DNA of 64,000 bases. It comes from Patescibacteria group bacterium. GTDB taxonomy: Bacteria > Patescibacteriota > Doudnabacteria > UBA920. The translations under genes and the position numbers were made by a program. Positions 47,617 through 55,899 of this stretch are shown here, piece by piece (within the stretch, counting starts at the first letter, position 1; each line of letters begins with the position of its first letter). The notes under the pieces were generated by a model. It made no database searches and was not told where the DNA came from. It saw only the letters and a program-made list of their open reading frames with translations. The stretch lies in NCBI GenBank assembly GCA_013387205.1, contig WARV01000008.1, positions 128,136-192,135 on the forward strand, written 5' to 3'.

Positions 47617-47660
47617 ACAAAAATAACATCTAACATTTGACATGTGACATTTAACTAACA

Positions 47661-47689
47661 GTCAAAGGTCAATTGTCAAAGGTCAAAGG
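47661..47689 (+). promoter_or_regulatory. three GTCAAAGG direct repeats upstream of TPR gene
   Basis: gtcaaaggtcaattgtcaaaggtcaaagg. Confidence 0.25.
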
Positions 47690-47698
47690 TATCCAAAA

Positions 47699-48559
47699 TT
47701 GAGTTACCAGATGCTGCCAAATATAATTTTTATATTTGCACTTGCGGGAATTATTTTGATAATTCTCAGGCGTTTGCCTGAGGCAGTGCAGATACAAGAC
47801 CACGAAGGCCAGCAGGAGCCGGTAGATAAAAGACTGATGGGCAAAGGATTGCCCGCGCAGGCTTTTTCCAAAGCCAAAGTCTGGTCCAGGCTCTGGTCAA
47901 CAAAAATCTGGAATTTTATTTTGGAAGCCAAGGACTTAAAGCCAAACCCGGTAACCGGGTACAGGATTAAAAAGATATTCGGCCATATCCATAAAGCTTC
48001 GCCGGACGTACAAAAACCGGCTGATATTGCTCCGGCAACAGCTGTTGCCGCAGCCGTTCCAGCCCAGCCCAAAGATGAAAATTTTTATCTGGAACTCATA
48101 AAAAAAGAACCGAAAAATTTGGCGAACTACGACGCTTTGGGAAAATTCTACGTTGAAAAGGAAAATTTCGCCGACGCCAAAGACATTTACCTGTACTTAA
48201 CCAGCCACGAGCCGACTAAGGCTGACCATCACGGCAGGCTGGCATTCTGTTATTACAAGATGGGAATGTTCGACAAGGCAGCCGAACACTACAAGACTTC
48301 CATAGACATGGATTCCACCCAGCCCAACCGTTATTATAATTGGGCGCTGTGTTTGGAGGCCAAGGGGGATTTTATTGGCGCAATAAAAGCTTACCAGCAG
48401 GCAATTGCCTTAGAGCACAAAAACTGCAAATTCCATATTGGATTAAGCAATGCTTTTGCCAAAACGGGGGATAAAGAAAAAGCGAAACAGGCCTTATTGG
48501 AAGCGCAAAAAATTGACCCCTTTAATGAGATAGTAAAATCAAAGCTGAAACATTTTTAG
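47699..48559 (+). CDS. TPR-repeat protein with N-terminal TM anchor
   Basis: N-terminal TM; TPR-like repeats (YYKMGMFDKAAEHYKTSIDMD, ALCLEAKGDFIGAIKAYQQAIALE). Confidence 0.6.
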   Translation: MSYQMLPNIIFIFALAGIILIILRRLPEAVQIQDHEGQQEPVDKRLMGKGLPAQAFSKAKVWSRLWSTKIWNFILEAKDLKPNPVTGYRIKKIFGHIHKASPDVQKPADIAPATAVAAAVPAQPKDENFYLELIKKEPKNLANYDALGKFYVEKENFADAKDIYLYLTSHEPTKADHHGRLAFCYYKMGMFDKAAEHYKTSIDMDSTQPNRYYNWALCLEAKGDFIGAIKAYQQAIALEHKNCKFHIGLSNAFAKTGDKEKAKQALLEAQKIDPFNEIVKSKLKHF

Positions 48560-48567
48560 ATGTTGAT

Positions 48568-48654
48568 GTCATTGCGAGGAAACAAGGGCTTTGGCTTGTT
48601 TCCGAAGCAATCTATATATCACTGGCGTCATTCTGAGTGCATCCGAAGAATCTC
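48568..48654. repeat. GTCATTGCGAG-family repeat, copy 5 (A + B modules)
   Basis: gtcattgcgaggaaacaagggctttggcttgtttccgaagcaatc ... gtcattctgagtgcatccgaagaatctc. Confidence 0.7.
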
Positions 48655-48740
48655 GTTAAAGTTTAAAACCTCTAGCGCAAAATCGCTTATTGTGATAAAA
48701 TATCTAGGAAATTAGTTTAATAAAAAATCTCTTTCTTTGT

Positions 48741-48816
48741 GCCGTTGTAGCTCAGTTGGTAGAGCAACTCCATGGTAAGGAGTAGGTCATCGGTTCAATT
48801 CCGATCAACGGCTCCA
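48741..48816 (+). tRNA. tRNA-Thr (anticodon GGU)
   Basis: cloverleaf: GCCGTTG acceptor, anticodon loop ATGGTAA, T-arm ATCGGTTCAATTCCGAT, encoded CCA. Confidence 0.85.
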
Positions 48817-48947
48817 CTTCTTCGCCAAGGCTACGAAGTGCAAGCATAATATTGCACATTCGTACATTGTCGGAGAAATGGTAAACAAACATGCGAAGAA
48901 GTGCCCTACGAAGCTTTATGCGAAGTAGGGCTGTTTTATTATCATTT

Positions 48948-48978
48948 TAATGGCTCAACCGTAGGTTGAGCCATTTAT
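48948..48978. repeat. GGCTCAACC-family hairpin
   Basis: ttaatggctcaaccgtaggttgagccattta. Confidence 0.6.
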
Positions 48979-48988
48979 TTTTGCTTTA

Positions 48989-49101
48989 CCCCGTATATCA
49001 ACATTCGATTCAGTTTATTTACCAAGTATTGATAACAAATAAGCTTTGATTATTATTAACATATTGATTTTACTAATCATATCAAATGTTGTATTACGGG
49101 G
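48989..49101. mobile_element. MITE-like element, copy 2 (same family as 9929..10042)
   Basis: ccccgtatatcaacattcgattcagtttattt...atcaaatgttgtattacgggg, ~80% identical to copy 1 incl. both TIRs. Confidence 0.7.
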
Positions 49102-49149
49102 CTTATTTAAGGCTTTTTTCTAAATATTCGCATACTTATGCCAAATTCT

Positions 49150-49178
49150 TGACATAATTGCTGTTTTATGATAAAGTT
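49150..49178 (+). promoter_or_regulatory. candidate promoter (TTGACA-17-TAAAGT) sharing 13-mer TTGACATAATTGC with 32739 promoter
   Basis: cttgacataattgctgttttatgataaagt upstream of SD aggagga + ATG 49201. Confidence 0.4.
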
Positions 49179-49200
49179 TAAAGTTACATCAGGAGGATAA

Positions 49201-49599
49201 ATGTCAGAAGAAAAGAAAGTTTACTATTACGACGAAGATGGCTTTGCGGCCACCTTCACTCTTGAGGAAGGAACTGTTACCAGGTTCTTCCCGCAAGACA
49301 AACGTCGATATGGCTTCATCAGTATGGACAACGGCCAGGAAGTATTCTTCCACACCATCAAAGCTAAATCCATGGGACCGTTTGAAACCCATCAAGAAGG
49401 ATGGATTCCTCGGTTCTTGGATCTTTTTGGCGAAAAGCCGATTGACGACCCCAAACCCGGCGACAGGCTCGTGTTCCTGACCCGCCAAGAAACAAAGGGT
49501 TTAGCCGCATGGGCATGGTCAACCCTCGAGAGGTACGAAGAAGCGGTTCGCGCTTGTACAGAAATTAAATCACTATCAACCTTTGCGCCATCAGCCTAA
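49201..49599 (+). CDS. hypothetical protein (GC-richer cassette, gene 1)
   Basis: SD aggagga; 132 aa; no family recognised. Confidence 0.45.
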   Translation: MSEEKKVYYYDEDGFAATFTLEEGTVTRFFPQDKRRYGFISMDNGQEVFFHTIKAKSMGPFETHQEGWIPRFLDLFGEKPIDDPKPGDRLVFLTRQETKGLAAWAWSTLERYEEAVRACTEIKSLSTFAPSA

Positions 49600-49777
49600 C
49601 AAATCGTAATCTTTTTCCGGCAGGCAACCCCAATTGCCTGCCCCCCCCTTCTAAGTTCATGATTTCAAATCACGGATTTGGAAGGGGAAACCCGGCCATA
49701 TTAAGAATACACAGCTCGAACATCACCTTAGTACACCGATCAGTATCAATACTGGAGTGAGAAAGAAGGAGGACGAT

Positions 49778-50056
49778 ATGAGTTTTTTGAATTGGGTTTT
49801 GATTATTTTAGGGTTAGCTTTGATGAGGTGGGGGTATTTCCGCCATACCATCATGCAATGGCCGGTGGATTTCGCAATCTTATTTCTTGGGGCAATCTGC
49901 GTTATCGGAGGTTTCATCAAAACAAAGAAGTTATCACCTGAGGAACAAGAAAGCATCCGAGCCATGGACAGGGCAATGAATGGTTTGCCTAAAATTATAC
50001 CAGGCTATCCACCCGACAAACCAGCAGAAAAGGAGGAATTTCAGAAATGGCAGTAA
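49778..50056 (+). CDS. hypothetical small membrane protein (cassette gene 2)
   Basis: SD gaaggagg before ATG 49778; two TM helices. Confidence 0.45.
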   Translation: MSFLNWVLIILGLALMRWGYFRHTIMQWPVDFAILFLGAICVIGGFIKTKKLSPEEQESIRAMDRAMNGLPKIIPGYPPDKPAEKEEFQKWQ

Positions 50057-50391
50057 CATCAACCAGCCCTGTTTTGCGGGCTGATGATACCACAGAACAG
50101 AAACTACTGAGGGTTAACAGGACGCATTTGGAGGTTTTTGGGGAAGCGTGTACTCTTAAGGAAATTTTCGACCTGGATGACCGTTGGACAAGGCTCACCG
50201 GCACCCAAAGACGAAGAATCCTGCATGAGGTTACCAGGAACTATGCGGTGGCTATCAATCAGGAGCCAATACCGCTCTTGGAACAGCACATTCTCCAAAA
50301 AGGGGATTGGGGAAGGTTTCCACTCTCAATACCGCAAGCATGGGAACTTGTCCAGATTCTCCGCGAGGAAGACCAAAGCAAATATCTGTGA
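50047..50391 (+). CDS. hypothetical protein (cassette gene 3, translationally coupled to gene 2)
   Basis: overlaps upstream stop by 10 nt; 114 aa. Confidence 0.45.
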   Translation: MAVTSTSPVLRADDTTEQKLLRVNRTHLEVFGEACTLKEIFDLDDRWTRLTGTQRRRILHEVTRNYAVAINQEPIPLLEQHILQKGDWGRFPLSIPQAWELVQILREEDQSKYL

Positions 50392-50408
50392 TGCCACGCA
50401 AATCAAGG

Positions 50409-50449
50409 AGCGCGAATCGTATAAATACGATTCGCGCGCTTTTCTTTTT
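50409..50449 (+). terminator. strong rho-independent terminator after cassette
   Basis: agcgcgaatcgtataaatacgattcgcgct + tttctttttg. Confidence 0.75.
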
Positions 50450-50461
50450 GAAAATGATAAA

Positions 50462-50494
50462 TTAAATGGCTCAACCGTACGGTTGAGCCATTTA
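50462..50494. repeat. GGCTCAACC-family hairpin
   Basis: taaatggctcaaccgtacggttgagccattta. Confidence 0.6.
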
Positions 50495-50495
50495 A

Positions 50496-50514
50496 TGGTG
50501 GGCAGGGAGGGATT
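50496..50514. repeat. 19-bp direct duplicate of tRNA-Tyr 3' end (att-like)
   Basis: tggtgggcagggagggatt identical to 50701..50719. Confidence 0.5.
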
Positions 50515-50700
50515 TTCGTCCTCGCTCGATTGCAATCTCGCTCGTTGTCCTGGGTTGCGACTAGTCCTGCGTCACTCGGACTAGTCGAACGTTCGGCTTC
50601 ATTCAGCTTTGCAAAGCCGAATTTGCCTCACTTCAACCCGTTCGAATCCCTCTTTCCAATACAAAATAACCAACTACCATAAAGGCAATTGGTTATTTTG

Positions 50701-50786
50701 TGGTGGGCAGGGAGGGATTCGAACCCCCGAAGGCATAAGCCAGCTGATTTACAGTCAGCCGCGTTTGACCACTTCGCTACCTACCC
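50701..50786 (-). tRNA. tRNA-Tyr (anticodon GUA), class II with long variable arm
   Basis: GGGTAGG acceptor, anticodon loop CTGTAAA, variable arm TGGCTTATGCCTTCG, T-arm GGGGGTTCGAATCCCTC, CCA encoded. Confidence 0.85.
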
Positions 50787-50895
50787 AAAATTTATTTTTA
50801 ACTTTAATAGTATAGCAAATTTATCATTTTTTTCAAGACCCAACTAGTTTGACCTAAAAATAGCATTATGGTAACATCTTTGGGAAGGAGGATCT

Positions 50896-51363
50896 ATGAA
50901 AGGAGCAGTAGAAAGGAAAAGAGTTATCATCTACAGCGATGGAATCGCTTTTTGTCCTCATTGCAGCAGACGGCAGAATTTCGCTTTACAAATCGAAACG
51001 GAAACTTGTCTTTTCTGCAATAAGCCTGTAGAAATTTTAACTCCAGAGCAAGCAAGAGAAGCAGGTCGCCTCGCAGAAATCCAGGCCAGGATACCGACCG
51101 CGCAGGAAAAAGCAACCATTCCTGATGCCGTCTTGCGCGACGGCCGAATTTACTGCCCGTATCCGGAATGCGGCAGATTCCAATTTCCGACCCTTTCGGG
51201 AAAGGAGACATGTGCAAACAATAGATGCAACAGGATTTTCATTATTCCGGACACGCGGTCGTTTAAGAAAATCTTAGACAATAACGCAAAAAGGGCTTTG
51301 CGTGAAATCACAGACGTACGGGAATCTTTCCGGAGAACCAATGATTTTCTCATGTGGCGCTAG
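50896..51363 (+). CDS. hypothetical protein with two CxxC...CxxC zinc-ribbon-like motifs
   Basis: SD gggaaggagga; CPHCSRRQN...CLFCNK and CPYPECGRF...CANNRC. Confidence 0.45.
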   Translation: MKGAVERKRVIIYSDGIAFCPHCSRRQNFALQIETETCLFCNKPVEILTPEQAREAGRLAEIQARIPTAQEKATIPDAVLRDGRIYCPYPECGRFQFPTLSGKETCANNRCNRIFIIPDTRSFKKILDNNAKRALREITDVRESFRRTNDFLMWR

Positions 51364-51374
51364 CCACGCAACAA

Positions 51375-51416
51375 CACCGCCCTGGACAAAAATGCTCCAG
51401 GGCGGTGTTCTCATTT
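51375..51416 (+). terminator. rho-independent terminator
   Basis: caccgccctggacaaaaatgctccagggcggtg + ttctcattt. Confidence 0.6.
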
Positions 51417-51467
51417 AAAATTCAAAATTTGAAACTCAAAATTCCAATTCCCAAAATGGGGAATTAA

Positions 51468-52721
51468 TCACGTTCCTTCCTGCCAGGAAGATAGATATTT
51501 TTTCTGCTCAGGGGTTAATATGTCTATTTTTGCACCCATAGATTGCAGTTTCAGTTTGGCAACTTTAACATCAATTTCTTCCGGGACATTAAGGACGCCG
51601 GGTGATAACTTTTTATAATTTTTTGCGATAAAAGCAGCGGTCAGCGCCTGGTCGGCAAAGGACATATCCATGACAGAAGAAGGATGGCCTTCGGCAGCTG
51701 CTAAATTTACAAGACGGCCTTCGCTTAAAAGATAAATCCTTCTGCCGCTAGGCAAAACATATTCTTCCACATTTTCATTGAATGATTTTCTTGCCTTTGC
51801 CATTTTTTTCAAATCATCAACGTTTATCTCAACGTTAAAATGTCCGGTATTGCACAATATGGCACGATCTTTCATTAAAGCCATGTGCTTTTTGGTGATT
51901 ACATCCTTGTCGCCGGTTGCGGTAATGAATACATCGCCAAGTTTTGCCGCTTCCTGCATGGTGGCAACGTAAAATCCGTCCATAACCGCCTTAAGCGCCC
52001 TGACCGGATCTACTTCCGTAACTATAACGTGCGCACCCAAACCGCGCGCCCTTAAAGCCGCGCCACTGCCGCAATACCCATATCCTGCCACGGCAACTTT
52101 TTTGCCCGCCAGCAAAATATTTGTGGCGCGCAAAATCGCGTCTATGGTGCTTTGACCGGTGCCGTAATAATTGTCGAACATGTGCTTGGTCGGCGTGTCA
52201 TTTACCGCTACGACTGGGTATTTTAATGCGCCATCTTTGGCCATGGCCTTAAGCCTAATTACCCCGGTCGTTGTTTCTTCCTGCCCGCCCCAAACTGTTT
52301 TTAAAACTTCCCGCCTTTCGTTATGAATTAAAGAAATCAAATCCGCCCCATCGTCAATGGTAATGTTCGGTTTTATGTCCAAAGCTTTGTTCAGGCATTC
52401 GTAATATTCCTTATTTGATACGCCTTTTATGGCAAAAACATCCATACCTTCTTTTGCCAGCGCCGCCGCCACATCGTCCTGGGTGGAAAGGGGGTTGGAC
52501 CCGCACAAGGACACCCTGGCTCCGCCGGCCTGCAAAACTTTCATAAGCACCGCTGTCTCTTTGGTCACATGCAGACAAGCGGCAATATTCACGTTTTCAA
52601 ACGGCTGGGCCTTTTTAAATTCTTCTTTGATAATTTTTAAGACGGGCATTTCATTTTCCGCCCATTGGATCCGCAAGCTGCCCTGCGCTGCTAATTTTAT
52701 GTCTTTAACTTTATACGACAT
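51468..52721 (-). CDS. ahcY: adenosylhomocysteinase
   Basis: NAD-binding [18 protein letters not shown], substrate-binding motifs; 417 aa. Confidence 0.95.
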   Translation of the reverse strand: MSYKVKDIKLAAQGSLRIQWAENEMPVLKIIKEEFKKAQPFENVNIAACLHVTKETAVLMKVLQAGGARVSLCGSNPLSTQDDVAAALAKEGMDVFAIKGVSNKEYYECLNKALDIKPNITIDDGADLISLIHNERREVLKTVWGGQEETTTGVIRLKAMAKDGALKYPVVAVNDTPTKHMFDNYYGTGQSTIDAILRATNILLAGKKVAVAGYGYCGSGAALRARGLGAHVIVTEVDPVRALKAVMDGFYVATMQEAAKLGDVFITATGDKDVITKKHMALMKDRAILCNTGHFNVEINVDDLKKMAKARKSFNENVEEYVLPSGRRIYLLSEGRLVNLAAAEGHPSSVMDMSFADQALTAAFIAKNYKKLSPGVLNVPEEIDVKVAKLKLQSMGAKIDILTPEQKKYLSSWQEGT

Positions 52722-53014
52722 GGTGTGGTAGCGATTAATGTTTTGGTCAAATCTCTAAGTTAAGTATACCAAAAATAACGGTCGGTGAAAACTTGCACGC
52801 AAAGATTACATTTTAAGTTTTGCGCTTTGCTTACGTCAGCATATAAGCTAATTATTATTTCATTCCTATGATACGAAACAAAACGCATGCAGCGGCCTGA
52901 TGCAAATTATTTTGCATCACAAGAAGTTGGTGCAAAAAAATTTTCACCATGTTGTTGTCTAGGCTAGAGGAATAAATATTTAAGATCCATCATCCGTGAA
53001 AGGGGGTGAATATT

Positions 53015-53107
53015 ATGGCAATGTCAAAGGGACGCAAAAAGACCAAGAGCCGCAGCTCTAAAAGCAAGAGAGGTTCCATGGGAGCCAGGCGCTCAAGCCG
53101 CAGGTAA
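53015..53107 (+). CDS. 30-aa highly basic small protein (MAMSKGRKKTKSRSSKSKRGSMGARRSSRR)
   Basis: SD gaaagggggtg before ATG; followed by terminator; too short for ORF track. Confidence 0.4.
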   Translation: MAMSKGRKKTKSRSSKSKRGSMGARRSSRR

Positions 53108-53113
53108 AATTTA

Positions 53114-53143
53114 CCCCGCCTCTCGCGAGAGGCGGGGTTTCTT
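53114..53143 (+). terminator. rho-independent terminator
   Basis: ccccgcctctcgcgagaggcgggg + tttctt. Confidence 0.7.
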
Positions 53144-53305
53144 ATAATTGAATAGCAACCTTACCCCGGCAACTTGCATTCTTAGTTGGCTGGAGCGGTT
53201 GAGTTATTCATTATCAGAAGGCATCACAAAAGACATCCTTTATTTAGATAAAGGATGTCTTTTATTTATTCCTAGATTCTAGATTCTTTCTTCTAGATTC
53301 TTGTC

Positions 53306-53722
53306 TTACTTTTTCACCTCACTCATTTTTAATAAGTTATAAACCTGCAAGGTTTCCTTAACCTTTTTTACAACCCCCTCCAAGGACCAGTGGCTTTTGA
53401 CCAAATATTCTATAACCCCGGTTTTCGCGCCAAGTATCTCGGTAATTTTTTCCACTTCGCTCAGGTTGGAAATGATTATCACCGGAATGTGGGCAATTTT
53501 TTTATCCGCCCTCATTTTTTTTATCATGGTTACGCCGTCAACCAGGGGCATGACTATGTCCAATAAAATTAAATCCGGCTTGGTTTTTGCCGCGGCCTGC
53601 AATCCCTTGTGGCCGTCGGTTGCTTTGGCTACTTTAAAACCTTCGCGCTTGAATTTGTCGCAAAGGATGTTTAACAGATAAAGCTCGTCTTCAACAATAA
53701 GTATTTTGTTTGATTTTGTCAT
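53306..53722 (-). CDS. stand-alone response-regulator receiver domain protein (CheY-like)
   Basis: ILIVEDE...D...LLDIVMPLVDG...K; 138 aa; paralog of 61370..61753. Confidence 0.85.
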   Translation of the reverse strand: MTKSNKILIVEDELYLLNILCDKFKREGFKVAKATDGHKGLQAAAKTKPDLILLDIVMPLVDGVTMIKKMRADKKIAHIPVIIISNLSEVEKITEILGAKTGVIEYLVKSHWSLEGVVKKVKETLQVYNLLKMSEVKK

Positions 53723-53731
53723 GAGGTTTAC

Positions 53732-53896
53732 GCAGAAGTAGTTGCAAAACTTGCTTTTAAGGCGAAATTCCAGAATTTCGAGCGAAAACTTTAAAGAAAA
53801 ACAATGGCGTAGCCTTAAGGCTACGGTGAGTTTTGATGAAAAGTTTGCAGCCGAAATTCTGGAATTGCAGACAAAATGAAGTTTTGCAACTGCTTC
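53732..53896. mobile_element. MITE-like ~165-bp element: ~65-bp imperfect inverted arms around central palindrome CGTAGCCTTAAGGCTACG
   Basis: arm1 gaagtagttgcaaaacttgcttttaaggcgaaattccagaatttcg... vs arm2 reverse complement gaagcagttgcaaaacttcattttgtctgcaattccagaatttcg... (~75% id); shares 17-mer tgcttttaaggcgaaat with 18585. Confidence 0.4.
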
Positions 53897-54115
53897 ATTA
53901 ATAATGTTCTTAAAAAATCTGACGATGGTACAAAAAATAACTTACTTAGAACTCTAATAAATTTAAACTGCATTGCTATTCGCCATTACCTAATCGCTAT
54001 TCGCTAATTTTATATTAAATCTTTTGATGAATTGCTGCAAATGGATGAAGGTGGAGGGGGCTGGCAAAATTCTGGCATTTATGGTAAAATATTTTAGTGA
54101 TTTTATAAAGTGTTT

Positions 54116-54191
54116 GCCGGCTTAGCTCATCCGGTAGAGCAACGGTTTTGTAAACCGTAGGTGGTCGGTTCGAGTCCGACAGCCGGCTCCA
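54116..54191 (+). tRNA. tRNA-Thr (anticodon UGU)
   Basis: GCCGGCT acceptor, anticodon loop TTTGTAA, T-arm GTCGGTTCGAGTCCGAC, CCA encoded. Confidence 0.85.
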
Positions 54192-54339
54192 TATGTAAGT
54201 TTTGCAATCCTAGCGCAGCTTAGGCTGTTTTAGGTGAGCGGCTACTGCATCATTTAGGATCAGTGTGATGCATCTTGGTTATTCTGACGCCCAGAATACC
54301 ATCAATCTAAAATTTTAAATCTTAAATCTAAAATTAATT

Positions 54340-54495
54340 ATGTCCCAAGACCATCTCATAACTTTAGAATGCACAGTTTGCCATAACTTGAATTACCAGA
54401 CCAAAAAGAACAAGAAGAACACTGCCAAAAGGCTGGAATTGATGAAGTATTGCAAATTCGACAAAAAGAAAACCCTGCACAAAGAAACCAAGTAA
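54340..54495 (+). CDS. rpmG: 50S ribosomal protein L33 (zinc-ribbon type)
   Basis: [51 protein letters not shown]; missed by ORF track (<60 aa). Confidence 0.8.
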   Translation: MSQDHLITLECTVCHNLNYQTKKNKKNTAKRLELMKYCKFDKKKTLHKETK

Positions 54496-54498
54496 ATT

Positions 54499-54521
54499 AA
54501 GGCCGCCCTTAGGGCGGCCTT
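54499..54521 (+). terminator. terminator hairpin after rpmG (no strong T-run)
   Basis: aaggccgcccttagggcggcctt. Confidence 0.5.
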
Positions 54522-54576
54522 AATTTACAAACTATTCAGTATAGTATATACTATTTATGTAAGCACGTACGTTCGT

Positions 54577-55239
54577 ATGAAATTAAATTTAAAAACAAGA
54601 GCTATTGAACTTCGTAAGCAAGGTTTTAGTCATGGGGATATACGAAAAAAATTAGGAATATCAAAAAGCACCAGTTCATTGTGGACAAAAGACATTACCT
54701 TACCTTTGGAAGCGCAAAATATATTAGCAATCAAAACCGAGGCGGCGAGAAAGAAAGGAAGAGAATCACGTTCTACCAGAATAAAGCTCAAATATGATTT
54801 AATTAAAAAGTCGGTAATAGAAGATTTAAAGAGTATAAAACTAAGTAAATCATTGGCCAAGTTACTATGCTCAATGCTGTATTGGGGAGAAGGAAGTAAG
54901 TCCTCAGGGCGAGTAGTTTTTACTAACTCAGACCCTGAAATGGTGAATGCATTCATGAGATTATTCAGGTATGCATTTGTAATTAATGAAGACAAGATAA
55001 CCGCAACCCTACATTTACACCCTTACCATAATGAAAGAACTCAAAAAATATATTGGTCTGATAAAATCAATATACCTACGGAAAAAATACATATTTTTCA
55101 CAAAACGTCATACGGAAATGTAATTAGGAATAACTATCAAGGTTGTATAGCGATTAACTATGGAAGTATGGAAATATTAAATGAATTGATGTATTATTAT
55201 ACAGCAGGCACAGAAATACTATTTGGGGGGTTCGTATAG
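54577..55239 (+). CDS. HTH-domain protein with degenerate LAGLIDADG-like motif (putative homing-endonuclease-like), inserted between rpmG and tRNA-Trp
   Basis: N-terminal HTH (LRKQGFSHGDIRKKLGISKSTSSLW); LLCSMLYWGEGSKSS resembles LAGLIDADG core; last 15 nt overlap tRNA-Trp 5' end. Confidence 0.4.
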   Translation: MKLNLKTRAIELRKQGFSHGDIRKKLGISKSTSSLWTKDITLPLEAQNILAIKTEAARKKGRESRSTRIKLKYDLIKKSVIEDLKSIKLSKSLAKLLCSMLYWGEGSKSSGRVVFTNSDPEMVNAFMRLFRYAFVINEDKITATLHLHPYHNERTQKIYWSDKINIPTEKIHIFHKTSYGNVIRNNYQGCIAINYGSMEILNELMYYYTAGTEILFGGFV

Positions 55240-55298
55240 TGGTAATACAGCGGACTCCAAATCCGCTTACGTGGGTTCGATTCCTACACCCCCTGCCA
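55225..55298 (+). tRNA. tRNA-Trp (anticodon CCA)
   Basis: GGGGGGT/ACCCCCT acceptor, anticodon loop CTCCAAA, T-arm GTGGGTTCGATTCCTAC, CCA encoded. Confidence 0.8.
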
Positions 55299-55300
55299 AA

Positions 55301-55330
55301 AAACATCCTCAGTTACGAGGATGTTTTTTG
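55301..55330 (+). terminator. terminator after tRNA-Trp
   Basis: aacatcctcagttacgaggatgtt + ttttg. Confidence 0.7.
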
Positions 55331-55406
55331 TTTAAGTTTATATTCGTAATTGCGTCTTAAAAAACAGCAATTGGAAAATTAGTAACTTTGGAAAGGAGAA
55401 ATAAAC

Positions 55407-55805
55407 ATGAAATACATAATGTCAATTTTCATGGCCCTAGCCATGCTGTTTAGCGCAGTGCCAGTTTTCGCCGCTCCATTTAAAGCCGACAATAACCCAC
55501 AAATAGTTGCCAATTATGCCACTGGCGACCACGGTATCCCCGGCGAACCAGCCACCCACACAGGAGCCGATGTGGTTATGCAGGCAGGAAACAGCGGTAA
55601 TTTCCAGCAGTGGTTTTACGGTTTTGCCGATGAAAATAGCGGGATCATGGAAGGCGACCATAGCGTGTGGAAACTTTCTAAAGACGGAACCTGCCCGAGC
55701 AATACTTTTGCCATGACAGTGGGCCCAAATAACTTTTGGGGAGATTACTTAGTTCAAGGGGCTACGTACTGCATCCGCACAAATGATTTTCATCAAACAA
55801 AATAA
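55407..55805 (+). CDS. hypothetical secreted protein (signal peptide)
   Basis: SD ggaaaggag; MKYIMSIFMALAMLFSAVPVFA signal; 132 aa. Confidence 0.5.
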   Translation: MKYIMSIFMALAMLFSAVPVFAAPFKADNNPQIVANYATGDHGIPGEPATHTGADVVMQAGNSGNFQQWFYGFADENSGIMEGDHSVWKLSKDGTCPSNTFAMTVGPNNFWGDYLVQGATYCIRTNDFHQTK

Positions 55806-55821
55806 CAATTTCATTTTGCCA

Positions 55822-55852
55822 AACGCCCCGGACATCCGGGGCGTTATTTCTT
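55822..55852 (+). terminator. rho-independent terminator
   Basis: acgccccggacatccggggcgt + tatttctt. Confidence 0.75.
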
Positions 55853-55899
55853 GAATTATTCACGCATATCTGCTAAGATTTAAATTTGAAACATATTTT

